Assembly (NCBI GenBank): GCA_963711835.1
Contig: CAVQFQ010000013.1
Span: forward strand, 1 to 64,000
Length of the DNA: 64,000 bases
Direction of reading: 5' to 3'
Origin: an uncultured delta proteobacterium
Lineage (GTDB): Bacteria > Desulfobacterota > RBG-13-43-22
Shown: positions 24,601 to 33,762 of the stretch, piece by piece
How positions within the stretch are numbered: the first letter of the stretch is position 1
Layout: each line of letters starts with the position of its first letter
Translations under genes and position numbers: made by a program
Notes under the pieces: generated by a model
Database searches by the model: none
Seen by the model: the letters and a program-made list of their open reading frames with translations, nothing else
Told to the model about the DNA's origin: nothing

Positions 24601-25106
24601 AAGAAACCATCCGCATTGCCGGGATGGCCGCCGCTTTGAAGGAAATCAACAGCAAAAAAGGGGAGCGCATGGCCTTTGCGACGATTGAAGATCTGACCGG
24701 AACCTGCGAGGTGATTATCTTTGCCGATACCTTCAGGAAATGCTCTCCCGTATTGAAGGAGGAAAGTCCCCTGTGGATCAGCGGTCTGACCACCAAGGAT
24801 GAGAAGGGAATTAAAATTATCGCCAATGAAGTGATGCTCCTGGCTGAGGCCGAAGAAAAATTAGCCCAGCAGGCGATTATTAAAATATCCCTGGACGACC
24901 TCAGCCGATCCCAGCTTCAGGATTTGTCTCATCTGCTTTTATCCCATAAGGGTCTCTGTCCGGTTCAAATCTGGGCCGCCCTGCCTGATGAGAGCCAGGT
25001 TCTCTTAAACCTTCCGGAGGCCTACAAGATCCGGCCTTCCTCCCGATTACGAAAAGAACTTAACCATCTTCCCGGTCGTCTTGTCCTGGAAATCCAATAT
25101 CCCTGA
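21627..25106 (+). CDS. dnaE: DNA polymerase III alpha subunit
   Basis: PHP HLHTHTQYSLLDG, GPGRGSGAGS, PDIDVDF, YGFNKSH; no intein-sized insertion. Confidence 0.98.
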   Translation: MPHSTFIHLHTHTQYSLLDGEIRLKALCEKAQAFKIPAIAITDHGNLFGVVDFYKQAQKYGLKPIIGCEIYVAPESRFQKESLPHQENAFHLVLLCKNDKGYRNLVKLVTLANFEGFYYKPRIDKELLRAHNKGLIAMSACLHGEVPHSLLRGQFDLALKTAQELAEIFDQDRFYLELQKNDIPEQEIVNRGLLEIHRQTGLPIVATNDCHYLTREEAKAHDVLLCIQTGKTVEDTNRMRFSTDQLYFKSPEEMQALFADLPEALENTLRIAERCNLELTFGNSFLPKYPLPPEETMDGRLRKNARSGLEERLAQKEKTDPSFPPHRFKEYRDRLEKELTVITSMGFSGYFLVVADYVRFAKEKGIPVGPGRGSGAGSLVAFALGITDIDPLTYGLLFERFLNVERKELPDIDVDFCVEGRDDVLKYIVEKYGQDYVAQIITFGKMQARAVIRDVGRALNIPYGEVDRIAKLVPNVLDITLSKALEMEPRLKELKESDPNIRQLLTVAEALEGLPRHASTHAAGVVISPHPIPDSVPLYKGPKGEVLTQYDMKCVQEMGLIKFDLLGLNNLTIIQYALKVIERTHGVTIELSRIPLDDPAAYELLDRGDTSGVFQLESSGMKELLVKIGPRTFEDLIALIALYRPGPLESGMVADYIKRKHGQVPVEYPLPQLEGILKETYGIVVYQEQVMQIAGLLADYSMGEGDILRRAMGKKIPEVMAQQRTRFLEGTRKKKIDQKKADAIFDLMEKFGGYGFNKSHSAAYAMITYQTAYLKAHYPLDFMVALLTSKMGNSTEVTKYIAECREKGMVVLPPDVNQSQMDFTVVEDKIRFGLAAVKNVGAGAIEFILEAREKGGPFHSLIDFCRRVDLRRVNRRVMESLIKCGAFDSLGAARSSLMAFLPDALEIGQKVQREQTEAQFSLFALTAEGGPAFSMPEVELPALGEWRESQKLAYEKEILGFYITGHPLTRYTEALQAMKTTDLQSLPDFGDKETIRIAGMAAALKEINSKKGERMAFATIEDLTGTCEVIIFADTFRKCSPVLKEESPLWISGLTTKDEKGIKIIANEVMLLAEAEEKLAQQAIIKISLDDLSRSQLQDLSHLLLSHKGLCPVQIWAALPDESQVLLNLPEAYKIRPSSRLRKELNHLPGRLVLEIQYP

Positions 25107-25194
25107 AGTCTTGCGGAAAACCGGCAAGCGGTTCGATTCACGGCCCGCCGGTCCCTGTTGGTCACTATTATTTTGAGACCCTTAATAGTTATCC

Positions 25195-25923
25195 ATGACT
25201 GTTTATCAAGAACGTTTTTATCGAAGCCGGCCCAGTTCAAAAGAGTGGATCTCCTTCACTATCCAGGTCAAGGAAAGCGATCTCTGGGTGCGGGCTAAAA
25301 GAGACCTTTCCGAAGAAGGGTATGAGCGGGTTTTTCAACACCGCCATACCGTCGAAACCTATATCCGGCAGAGGCCGGAATTTAAAGACGCCCTGGCGCC
25401 TCTTCCCTCTGATCCCCTGGCCCCGGCCATTATTCGGGATATGCTGCTGGCCGGTCAAATCGCCGGGGTGGGACCGATGGCGGCTGTGGCCGGCGCCATA
25501 GCCCAATATGTAGGGCAGGATCTTCTGCCTCTGTCGTCCGACCTGATCATCGAAAATGGCGGGGATCTTTTTATCTCCAGCAGCGAACCCTTGACGGTAG
25601 GTATCTTTGCCGGCGATTCGGCTTTGAGCCAACGCCTGGGAATTGAAATGGAGCCCACCCTGACCCCGGTAGGGCTTTGCACTTCTTCAGGTACGGTGGG
25701 CCATTCCCTGAGTTTCGGCAAAGCCGATGCCGTTACTATTCGCTCCTCTTCGGCCATCGTAGCCGATGCCCTGGCCACGGCCGTCGCCAATCGGGTCCGG
25801 ACCAGGAAGGATATATCCGGCGCCTTGGCCTGGGCCCAGTCCATCCCGGAGGTGCAGGGGGTCTTGATCATCGTCGGAGATCAAATCGGCCTTTGGGGGG
25901 ATTTGAAACTGGTTTCGGTTTGA
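25195..25923 (+). CDS. UPF0280/ApbE-like protein
   Basis: GPMAAVAGAIA, ENGGD, CTSSGTVGHSLSFGKADA. Confidence 0.9.
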   Translation: MTVYQERFYRSRPSSKEWISFTIQVKESDLWVRAKRDLSEEGYERVFQHRHTVETYIRQRPEFKDALAPLPSDPLAPAIIRDMLLAGQIAGVGPMAAVAGAIAQYVGQDLLPLSSDLIIENGGDLFISSSEPLTVGIFAGDSALSQRLGIEMEPTLTPVGLCTSSGTVGHSLSFGKADAVTIRSSSAIVADALATAVANRVRTRKDISGALAWAQSIPEVQGVLIIVGDQIGLWGDLKLVSV

Positions 25924-25925
25924 TT

Positions 25926-26040
25926 TTTAGCCACGGACACACACGGACGACTACGGACCATTTTTAGGCCAGACCCCGCTATGAGGGACCTGGCCTAACC
26001 ACGTCATCGCTATCGCGAGCATAAGAGGGTCTGTGGTAAA
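25926..26040. repeat. Small intergenic palindromic element
   Basis: tttagccacggac...gtctgtggtaaa imperfect inverted ends. Confidence 0.4.
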
Positions 26041-26070
26041 ATAAAGGTTTATGAGCAGGAGGATTGTTTA

Positions 26071-26943
26071 ATGAAATTTCCAAAGTCCATAGGGATCATA
26101 CTACTGATTTGTGTTATAGGCTTCGGGGGCTGCGGAACCATCCCTGTCGCCAAAGAGCGCAAGGGACCGCCCAAGGTGGCCCTGGTCTTGGGAGGCGGGG
26201 CGGCCCGAGGATTCGCTCACGTGGGGGTTATCCGGGTCTTGGAGCAGGAGAAGATCCCGATACATATGATTGTCGGCACCAGCGTCGGAAGTCTGATCGG
26301 GGCCCTCTATGCCTCCGATCCCAACAGCTTCAATTTGGAATGGCTGGCCTTTACCATCGAGAAAGAGGATATCTTCGATTACTCTGTGCTGTATTCCAAA
26401 ATGGGTCCGGTCTTAGGAGAGCGGCTGGAAAAATTCATCCAGACTAAAGTCAGAGCCAAGACCTTGGAACAGATGAAAATCCCCTTCTATGCCGTAGCTA
26501 CGGATCTGAATAGCGGTGGTACCTGGGTCTTTGAAAAGGGTTCGGTAGCCAAAGCGGTGCGGGCCAGTTGTTCCATCCCGGGCATTTTTCAACCCCTTGA
26601 ATTAGGCGGCCGGATGTATGTGGACGGCGGGGTAACGGACAATCTGCCGGTAGACGTCGCCCGGGCCAGAGGGGCCGATATCATTATCGCGGTCAATATC
26701 CAGACAAACATCCAGAACCCCCAGATCAATTCCCTGGTCGATGTTATTTTGCAGTCCATCAACATCATGGGGCGTGAACTGGTGAGCTATAAGTGCCGGG
26801 ACTATGATGTTCTCATCGAGCCCAACGTCGGCGATGTGGGCCTAACCGATTTTTCCCAGAAAAAGCGGCTGGTGGATGCCGGGATCCAGGCCGCTAAACA
26901 GGCCCTGCCCAAGATTCGAAAGTCCCTCGAAGAGAAGCCTTAA
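26071..26943 (+). CDS. Patatin-like phospholipase (probable lipoprotein)
   Basis: GGGAARG, GTSVG nucleophile elbow, VDGG; lipobox-like GGC. Confidence 0.93.
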   Translation: MKFPKSIGIILLICVIGFGGCGTIPVAKERKGPPKVALVLGGGAARGFAHVGVIRVLEQEKIPIHMIVGTSVGSLIGALYASDPNSFNLEWLAFTIEKEDIFDYSVLYSKMGPVLGERLEKFIQTKVRAKTLEQMKIPFYAVATDLNSGGTWVFEKGSVAKAVRASCSIPGIFQPLELGGRMYVDGGVTDNLPVDVARARGADIIIAVNIQTNIQNPQINSLVDVILQSINIMGRELVSYKCRDYDVLIEPNVGDVGLTDFSQKKRLVDAGIQAAKQALPKIRKSLEEKP

Positions 26944-26947
26944 ATTA

Positions 26948-27317
26948 GAGTTTGTCCCAACGTTATGTGATTCTCAAACCGAAGGGATTGTCTTAAAAAA
27001 ATATTAAATCACCCCAAAGGGCTTCGGGGGTCTTGATTTCAAGGATTGTCCGCCAAAACGCCGGCAGCTTGAACCCGGGCAGGAAGTTTAAAATGGGGTT
27101 TAGAAACAGGCCAACACCAAAGTCCCGTCTTCGGCGGGATGAATGCCCGGCTTCCAACCAACTTAGAAATTTGGGCCGGGTTCTTCGCATCCAAAACAAT
27201 GCCAGTCCCACTCCTGCGAGTGGATCAGTTGGGGCTATGGATTACCTTGCGGACAACCTTGAAATCAAGACCCCCGAAGCCCTCGACGAATGGAGTGCTT
27301 AACGTTGGGACAAACTC
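26948..27317. mobile_element. MITE-like element with nested inverted repeats (copy A)
   Basis: Perfect 18-bp outer IR gagtttgtcccaacgtta (26948-26965/27300-27317); perfect 27-bp inner IR agggcttcgggggtcttgatttcaagg (27018-27044/27257-27283). Confidence 0.85.
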
Positions 27318-27329
27318 AAAAATTAATCG

Positions 27330-28274
27330 ATGAACGATGAGCGCCGGATGATAAAGGCAGCCCTAAAAAAAGGAGGGCATCTCTGGATCGGAATAAGCGC
27401 TCTGCTGTTTTTCCAGACCGCCCTTTTCCTGCAGATTGAGCCGATTGTCACCTATTTTTATTCCTTTATCTGGTGGGCCTATGTGGTCACCGTGGACGGA
27501 TTGATTTACCGAATCCAAGGACATTCCCTGATCATCAACCGGACTCGGCAATTCTTTCAGTTGCTTCCCTGGTCGGTTTTTATCTGGCTCATTTTCGAAG
27601 GGTTCAACCTGATACTGAAAAATTGGTATTACATCGGGGTCCCCAAATCCATTTTCCTGCGCTGGCCGGGCTATTTCGTGGCCTACGGGACCGTTCTTCC
27701 CGCCATCTTTGAAACCAAAGAACTACTGGCAGCCTTGGGCCTGTTCAAAAAAGGCCGTCTGCGGCCGGTTCAAATCCGTCCCACCTGGTTCCGGCCTCTC
27801 ATAGTCATCGGGTCCCTCTGTCTGATTCTACCTTTGATGGTCCCGCCCTTTTTCTTTCCCCTGGTCTGGTTGGGCTTTATATTCCTTCTGGAACCGTTCA
27901 ATTATCAAACCCACCGGCCTTCTCTTCTTAAAGACCTGGAACAGGGAAAATTGGAAAATCTCCTCCAACTTCCTTTGGCCGGTATGATCTGCGGTCTGCT
28001 CTGGGAGTTCTGGAATTACTGGGCCAGCGCCAAGTGGGTTTACACCGTTCCCTGGGTGGGGGAGTTAAAACTGTTTGAAATGCCCATCCTGGGATTTTTC
28101 GGATTTCCCCCCTTTGCCGTGGAGTGCTTTGTTATCGTCGCCTTCCTGGGATTTTTTGAAGGCCGGACGGAAAAACAGCGGCGGTCGCCTTGGGGGTTCT
28201 GGCCGGTATGGCTCTTTTTCTACCTGGTTATGTTTTCAGCCATCGATACCTATACGGTCCGGTCGTTTGGATGA
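27330..28274 (+). CDS. Multi-pass membrane protein
   Basis: ~8 hydrophobic helices, WEFWNYW and FEMPILGFFGFPPF motifs. Confidence 0.8.
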   Translation: MNDERRMIKAALKKGGHLWIGISALLFFQTALFLQIEPIVTYFYSFIWWAYVVTVDGLIYRIQGHSLIINRTRQFFQLLPWSVFIWLIFEGFNLILKNWYYIGVPKSIFLRWPGYFVAYGTVLPAIFETKELLAALGLFKKGRLRPVQIRPTWFRPLIVIGSLCLILPLMVPPFFFPLVWLGFIFLLEPFNYQTHRPSLLKDLEQGKLENLLQLPLAGMICGLLWEFWNYWASAKWVYTVPWVGELKLFEMPILGFFGFPPFAVECFVIVAFLGFFEGRTEKQRRSPWGFWPVWLFFYLVMFSAIDTYTVRSFG

Positions 28275-28308
28275 CGAGGAATAACCGTAAGAGGCCTGAG
28301 GTTGGAGG

Positions 28309-29646
28309 ATGAAAAAGAAACTCTATTTCATCAGTCTGGGCTGCGCTAAAAATCAGGTGGACAGCGAGATCATGCTCCACGAATTGGAAAGCCGGGGCCT
28401 GGTCCTGACCCCGGACCCCGAAAAGGCCGAGGTCGTCATTGTCAATACCTGCAGTTTTATTGAATCGGCCACCCGGGAAAGCATCGATACCATTCTGGAG
28501 GCCGCCCGGTTGAAACAGGAAGGCCGATGCCGGGTGTTGGCTGTAGCCGGTTGTTTCCCACAACGCTATCGGGAATCCTTAATAGCCCAATTGCCTGAAG
28601 TGGACCTTTTTTTGGGAACCGAATCGTTTGTAGGTATCGCCGATCAGGTCCTGGCTCTTTTGGCCGGGGATAAAAGCGAAACGATGATCCTGAGACCCGA
28701 TCCCCGGCTCTGGGCAGGACCTCTCAGCCGCACCGTGACCACGGGCAAAGGGTCGGCCTATTTAAAAATCGCTGAAGGCTGCTCCAACTTTTGCGCCTAC
28801 TGCACCATCCCGTCGATTCGGGGACCGTTCCGAAGCCGCGATCCAGGGATCCTGCTCCAGGAGGCAAACAACTTAGCCGGGCAAGGGGTCAGGGAACTGA
28901 ACCTGGTGGCCCAGGATACGACGGCTTATGGAACTGATTTGAGGCCCTCCTCTTCTCTGATGGCCTTACTGAAGGCCTTGATCCGGATCGAATCGCTCGC
29001 CTGGCTTCGGCTCCTCTATCTCCGGCCGGAGAGGATTACCCGGCCCTTGCTGGATTTGATGGCCGGGGAAGGGAAAATCTGCCCTTACCTGGATATCCCT
29101 GTCCAGCATATCAGTGATGCGGTTCTGAAGAGGATGAATCGGCCTTATCGGGGTAAAAAGCTACGGGGCCTGATTTCTCGAATCCGTCGCCTCCTGCCCC
29201 AGGCGGCCCTGCGGTCAACGGTCATGGTCGGTTTCCCCGGCGAAGGGGAAAGGGAATTTCAGGAGCTGTTCAATTTTATCACTGAAGTTGAATTCGATCA
29301 CCTGGGCGTCTTCCCATTTTCTCCGGAGGAAGGCACGCCGGCCGCCCAGTATGCCGATCAAGTACCCCTGGAAATCAGTCAAAAAAGGGTTGATCTCTTA
29401 ATGGAACGGCAAAAAGAAATATCATTTAAAAAAAATCAGGCTCGGATCGGGACCCTGGAGCCTGTTTTGGTCACCGGACTCAGCCCGGAAAGCGATTTGT
29501 TGATCCAGGGGCGGACCCGTTTTCAGGCCCCGGAGGCGGACGGGGTGATCTATCTTACCCGGGGCCAGCCCCGCTTCGGCGAAATCCAGATGGTTAAAAT
29601 CACCGAAGCCCATCCTTACGATTTAGTGGGAGAAATTTGCGAATGA
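28309..29646 (+). CDS. rimO: Ribosomal protein S12 methylthiotransferase
   Basis: SLGCAKNQVDSE, KIAEGCSNFCAYC radical SAM motif, APEADG, TRAM domain. Confidence 0.95.
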   Translation: MKKKLYFISLGCAKNQVDSEIMLHELESRGLVLTPDPEKAEVVIVNTCSFIESATRESIDTILEAARLKQEGRCRVLAVAGCFPQRYRESLIAQLPEVDLFLGTESFVGIADQVLALLAGDKSETMILRPDPRLWAGPLSRTVTTGKGSAYLKIAEGCSNFCAYCTIPSIRGPFRSRDPGILLQEANNLAGQGVRELNLVAQDTTAYGTDLRPSSSLMALLKALIRIESLAWLRLLYLRPERITRPLLDLMAGEGKICPYLDIPVQHISDAVLKRMNRPYRGKKLRGLISRIRRLLPQAALRSTVMVGFPGEGEREFQELFNFITEVEFDHLGVFPFSPEEGTPAAQYADQVPLEISQKRVDLLMERQKEISFKKNQARIGTLEPVLVTGLSPESDLLIQGRTRFQAPEADGVIYLTRGQPRFGEIQMVKITEAHPYDLVGEICE

Positions 29647-29840
29647 AAGAGAAAGCCTATCCCTTTTCCTGTCCCATCTGCGCCAAGGTAACCGACTACC
29701 CCTTGGAACTATTTATTGAGGGGGCGGTTCTCACCTGCCCCTTCTGCAAACTGTCCCTTCGCCTCCACGGGCACATGCTGGCCTATATCCAGAAAGAAAT
29801 CGTGGAAATGAAAAAACCCGAAGAAGAGACAGTCACGTAA
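29643..29840 (+). CDS. Small zinc-ribbon protein
   Basis: CPIC...CPFC; ATGA overlap with the rimO stop. Confidence 0.7.
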   Translation: MKEKAYPFSCPICAKVTDYPLELFIEGAVLTCPFCKLSLRLHGHMLAYIQKEIVEMKKPEEETVT

Positions 29841-29880
29841 GTCCCAACCCCTGACCACCTGAGATTGCTTTTTTCTTCGC

Positions 29881-30966
29881 TTATTCTTTTAAGATTATAG
29901 GAAGATAGGTGGGGCAATAAAGTTGGGTCTGCCGTTCATAGGCTCCCAGGTCCACCTTTCCCCCAACGATTCGAGGATCCCCATTCTTATCTTCAGATAC
30001 ACCTGAGGAGGCCGCGTTGTCCCCGGCATTGATGGCCGGGGAGGAACACCGGAGATGCAAATCGAAGAAGCTCACATATCGGGGATCGGCTGAAATAGAC
30101 CCGATGCCTGGAGAGGCGCCGGAATAATTCCCCCAGGCATTGGCCCAGACATCATTGGTGCTGTTAACCGGTGCACTGGTGGCATCGGCATGGATTCCAT
30201 AGGTGCCGTTGGAAGTAATGACGTTGTTGGTTATCTGGGGATTGCTGGAATTGAAATTGGCGACTCCGCCTCCCCCGTAATTGAGAAAAATCGTGTTGTT
30301 CACAATGGACGGGCTGGCGCTGTCGTTAAAAATACCGCTGCCGTTGATGCCGGCAATGACGTTGTTGATGATGCTCGGATTCGAATAATAATTTTTAATC
30401 CCGGCGTCTGCCCCTCCGCTTCCTGAAAAGGTCACAAAATTACCGGAAATGGAAAACTGGGTAACGTTTTGAGTGAAAATCCCCGTGGAGGTGTTTTCGG
30501 TAATATTGCAGTTGTTAACATAACCTCTGATGGGGAAGAGGTTGGAAGACCCTATGAGATCTATCCCTTTTATCCCTTTTTTTACCGTTAAATTTTTTAT
30601 AAAGACAAACTTATTTCCACCCCAAACCTCAATAACATTCTGGTTGCTGGAAGAGGCGTCAATGATGGCCACCTCCGAGGAAAAACCTTCCAGGTACAAA
30701 GCCTTATCCATGATCGTTATGGGAAAGGTTTCGCCGTTAGCCGCGGTGGAATAGGTTCCCGCCAGGACATAAACCCCATCATTTTCTCCGGCCTTATTAA
30801 TGGCCGCCTGAATGGTTTTGCACGGATCTCCAGGAAGACAACTATTTGAATCGCTGCCAGTAGCTCCATCCACATAATACCAGGCCGCCTGGGCAACCGG
30901 ATTCAGAATAGTCAACACACCAAAAGCGACTAGCAACCCTCTTGCGACCCATCTTTTCATCGGCAA
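29881..30966 (-). CDS. Secreted right-handed beta-helix protein (DUF1565-like, choice-of-anchor-Q-like tail)
   Basis: Signal peptide, YYVDGATGSD...PCKTIQAAI, Asn-rich repeats, SPAINAG...VDLGAYE. Confidence 0.85.
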   Translation of the reverse strand: MPMKRWVARGLLVAFGVLTILNPVAQAAWYYVDGATGSDSNSCLPGDPCKTIQAAINKAGENDGVYVLAGTYSTAANGETFPITIMDKALYLEGFSSEVAIIDASSSNQNVIEVWGGNKFVFIKNLTVKKGIKGIDLIGSSNLFPIRGYVNNCNITENTSTGIFTQNVTQFSISGNFVTFSGSGGADAGIKNYYSNPSIINNVIAGINGSGIFNDSASPSIVNNTIFLNYGGGGVANFNSSNPQITNNVITSNGTYGIHADATSAPVNSTNDVWANAWGNYSGASPGIGSISADPRYVSFFDLHLRCSSPAINAGDNAASSGVSEDKNGDPRIVGGKVDLGAYERQTQLYCPTYLPIILKE

Positions 30967-31049
30967 CCTCCTTTTCTGTTAAACACTTCTAACTTACAAG
31001 AAGACACCCCTTTAATTCCATCTGATTTTACTTCCCGGCCAGGGGCTTT

Positions 31050-31436
31050 TTACCAAATCACCGCCACATCATAACGGGCGATCTGGTGATCAGCGGTCAG
31101 GATGGGCATTTCTTCCAACTGCGCCTGGGCTACTAACAGACGGTCAAAAGGATCCTTGTGATGGTCTGGGAGGGAAAAAATCTGCAAGGCATGCTTCATC
31201 CGGATGGCTAAACTTTGAAAAGCATTCAATTGGATTTGTTCCCAAATAAAGTCTACCGGGTTCTCCGAAATTTTTAGACGGCCCAATTGCGTCTTAATCA
31301 CCAATTCCCAACCCGAGGCGGCGCTCACAAATACTTCGTTATCCATATTTTTTATTATCTCCCCGGCGCGTGGAGACAGCTTGGGATCATCGGTGATCCA
31401 CCAGAGAAAGGCATGGGTATCCAGCAGGACCCTCAT
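31050..31436 (-). CDS. vapC: Type II toxin VapC (PIN domain)
   Basis: LLDTHAFLWW, SGWE, HKDPFDR, ILTAD. Confidence 0.92.
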   Translation of the reverse strand: MRVLLDTHAFLWWITDDPKLSPRAGEIIKNMDNEVFVSAASGWELVIKTQLGRLKISENPVDFIWEQIQLNAFQSLAIRMKHALQIFSLPDHHKDPFDRLLVAQAQLEEMPILTADHQIARYDVAVIW

Positions 31437-31669
31437 GATCCAAAGGCCTTTAGGAGAGACTTGGGCAGAGGTTTTTCAAAATCCCTGGAAATGACTATTT
31501 TCCCCTTGGCCGTTCCCGCCACCCTCTTGGCAGGTCGATTAACAAAGCTCACCAATCGCGCCACCGGTTTTCCGGCATGGGCAATAACCACCTCATCCCC
31601 TTTGGCCACCTGACCCAGGAGCCGTGACAGGTGGGTTTTGGCTTCATGAATATTTACTTTTTTTACCAT
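31433..31669 (-). CDS. Phd/YefM-family antitoxin
   Basis: VNIHEAKTHLSRLL...GKPVARL; GACTAAGTC repeated twice upstream (31697-31717). Confidence 0.92.
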   Translation of the reverse strand: MVKKVNIHEAKTHLSRLLGQVAKGDEVVIAHAGKPVARLVSFVNRPAKRVAGTAKGKIVISRDFEKPLPKSLLKAFGS

Positions 31670-31914
31670 GGCTTCCTCCCTTACGAGATTATATAGACTA
31701 AGTCCTTGACTAAGTCAAACTCTTTCCTTAATGCCCGAGATTGCCCCAGCGGCCTTTCAGGTCGTTGTGGGGGATCTTAGGATCTTGATGAAAAAATTAC
31801 TTTAACTTTTTTAAAAAATTTGGCATAAAATAAGTCTCATAAAACCAGAACGGGCTGGGGGGAAATGGGTACCGTTTTGTCAACGCCCCCAACCGGAATA
31901 AAGGAGGAGACTCG

Positions 31915-32016
31915 ATGGCAAAATCAATGGACTCAAAGAAGGACGCAAAAAAGAAGCCCGCCAAGACGGCCAAAGAAAAGAAGAAAGCCAAACAGGAAAA
32001 GAAAAAGGGGAAATAG
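31915..32016 (+). CDS. 33-aa lysine-rich small protein
   Basis: Not in ORF track; AAGGAGGA RBS then MAKSMDSKKDAKKKPAKTAKEKKKAKQEKKKGK*. Confidence 0.7.
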   Translation: MAKSMDSKKDAKKKPAKTAKEKKKAKQEKKKGK

Positions 32017-32039
32017 GCAGGCCAAAGCAATCGGGAGCC

Positions 32040-32312
32040 ATGGACGAGAGAAACTTTTACACGGAGGCCCCTGAGACGATAAAAACCGGCTATACCTGTC
32101 CGACGTGCCGCCAGACAGCCGAGTTCCCGGTCCGCTGGCTCAAGCGGACCAAAAAGACCAAACTGCCGCCCGGCGCCGACGAACGGGACCGGGCCAAGTT
32201 CGCCAAGGCTCGGGATTATCTGGTGCGGGTGGACGATTTCCTGACCTGCCCCAATCCGCGCTGCCGGCGCCGGTTTGAAATTCCCAATGATCAAACCGTG
32301 GTTTTGGTTTGA
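32040..32312 (+). CDS. Small zinc-binding hypothetical protein
   Basis: CPTC...CPNPRC, GGGAG RBS. Confidence 0.75.
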   Translation: MDERNFYTEAPETIKTGYTCPTCRQTAEFPVRWLKRTKKTKLPPGADERDRAKFAKARDYLVRVDDFLTCPNPRCRRRFEIPNDQTVVLV

Positions 32313-32335
32313 AAGATGCCGCGAATCGGTGGCCT

Positions 32336-32575
32336 TTATTTCAGGAATGGCCCCTGTGTTTGATCGAAGAGATCCCTGACAATCCCTTCGGCCTCCCCCA
32401 AGCGGGCTTCATCCACCATAACGGTCCCCCAACCCTTCTGGGTCACGAACAGCCCGTTATAGGCGGTATCCTTATATTCCCGGACCAGAAAGGGGATGGC
32501 CACCTTCCCCAGGGCGTCGGTCAGCAGATCGGCCTGGAATTGATTGTCCAGGGTGATTAATTTTTTCCAGTTCAT
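32336..32575 (-). CDS. Small PII/DUF2007-like putative signal-transducing protein
   Basis: NQFQADLLTDAL...IPFLV...GWGTVMV pattern. Confidence 0.7.
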   Translation of the reverse strand: MNWKKLITLDNQFQADLLTDALGKVAIPFLVREYKDTAYNGLFVTQKGWGTVMVDEARLGEAEGIVRDLFDQTQGPFLK

Positions 32576-32602
32576 TTCCGTGAAATAGGCCCGGTCAGGG
32601 AC

Positions 32603-32896
32603 CTACATATCCTTAATCCCGGACATCAACCGGTCAAACTTCTCCACTTCGACCACCGGTGAAGTCACAAAGGAGATGCCGGTCAACTTATTTAAGGCCA
32701 CCGAGGCGGCAAAGGCCTTTTCGGCATCCGGGAAATCCAGGGTAAAGACCAGATCGTGTTCCCCCATCACGGCAAACATGGAAATGACTGTGCCGCCGTT
32801 CTTCTTAATAATGGCAACCGCCTTTTTTGTCCTTTGGGAAGAAATTCCTTTTATCGACTCACTGGAATACTTTCCGAACATCATGAAGATCGGCAT
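32603..32896 (-). CDS. GYD-domain protein
   Basis: MPIFMMFGKYS...GG...MGEHDLV; AGGAGG RBS. Confidence 0.8.
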   Translation of the reverse strand: MPIFMMFGKYSSESIKGISSQRTKKAVAIIKKNGGTVISMFAVMGEHDLVFTLDFPDAEKAFAASVALNKLTGISFVTSPVVEVEKFDRLMSGIKDM

Positions 32897-32917
32897 ATTG
32901 AAATCCTCCTTTCGCTA

Positions 32918-33088
32918 TTAACAGGTTGCTGAAAAAGGCCCATCTATCCCGCGCTTCGCGGGATTGCCCTCATCCCTCGTCATTGCGACGTAGATCTAAT
33001 CTACGCCTCATTCCGAGGAATTTAGGGCGCCTTGTATCTGAACCTTTTTGAGCAACCTGTAAAAAAGGGTTTTTCCGCATCCTGTTAA
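32918..33088. mobile_element. MITE-like element with ACAGGTTGCT(G/C)AAAAAGG terminal inverted repeats
   Basis: acaggttgctgaaaaagg (32921) / cctttttgagcaacctgt (ends 33060), plus a second degenerate end to 33088. Confidence 0.75.
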
Positions 33089-33091
33089 TGA

Positions 33092-33493
33092 TTACTTTTT
33101 CAGATAAAAGTCATAGAGCGCCTTGCCTACAAAAAAATCTCCCCAGGCGATGCCGATGTCCGGCAGGGTCGATTTCAAAATCCAAGTACTCGGAGGCGCG
33201 GCCTTGGCGATGATTTCCGCGATACTGAAATGGGCCATAAAGACCGTGCCGTAGATGACGATCAGCCCGTTCAAGAGATACCCGTAAACAGCAGTACGGC
33301 GAAAAGCAAAAAGGGCCGTCACTGCGATGACGTCAAGGGCCGGGAAGATAAAAGCCAGAAAGCGGGTCCCGTTAAAAAGGAAAGACCCGGGATGAAGCTT
33401 GTCGGGGACCATAAAATAGTGGATTCGGTAATGGAGCATCAGTCCTGATATGGCCAGCAAAAATAGGGCCGCCAGAAGCGCTTTTCTATTCAT
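33092..33493 (-). CDS. Membrane protein (His-containing helices)
   Basis: Likely start MNRKALL after AAAGGGGAG; 3-4 TM helices; LHYRIH and MAHF. Confidence 0.75.
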   Translation of the reverse strand: MNRKALLAALFLLAISGLMLHYRIHYFMVPDKLHPGSFLFNGTRFLAFIFPALDVIAVTALFAFRRTAVYGYLLNGLIVIYGTVFMAHFSIAEIIAKAAPPSTWILKSTLPDIGIAWGDFFVGKALYDFYLKK

Positions 33494-33657
33494 GATCCTG
33501 CTCCCCTTTCTTGATAGTCTTGACCCCGGCGCCTGCCCCGGGGTTCGCCGGGTGATCGCCGCCTGGGAAGTTTCCTTTGTCATTCCGGGCTTGACCCGGA
33601 ATCCAGGAATGTATGTTTATTTCAGGCACAGGTCTGCCGGCGCGGCTCGGATCCCTT

Positions 33658-33762
33658 TTAAAAATGGAACCGGACCAGATGCCCCAGATACAAGGTAAAC
33701 CCGATTACAACTAAGTGGAGAATCCACCAGCCGGGCGTGAAGAGTAAAAAATATTTGATCAT
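33658..33762 (-). CDS. 34-aa single-helix membrane peptide (FTPGWWILH...GH)
   Basis: GGAGGG RBS, MIKYFLLFTPGWWILHLVVIGFTLYLGHLVRFHF*. Confidence 0.65.
   Translation of the reverse strand: MIKYFLLFTPGWWILHLVVIGFTLYLGHLVRFHF

Noticed and set aside
26993-27333. Short ORFs inside the nested-IR repeat (e.g. MISRIVRQNAGSLNPGRKF, also at 49097-49355)
   Set aside because: The similarity comes from the DNA repeat; frames and lengths differ between copies and the starts lie within the IR
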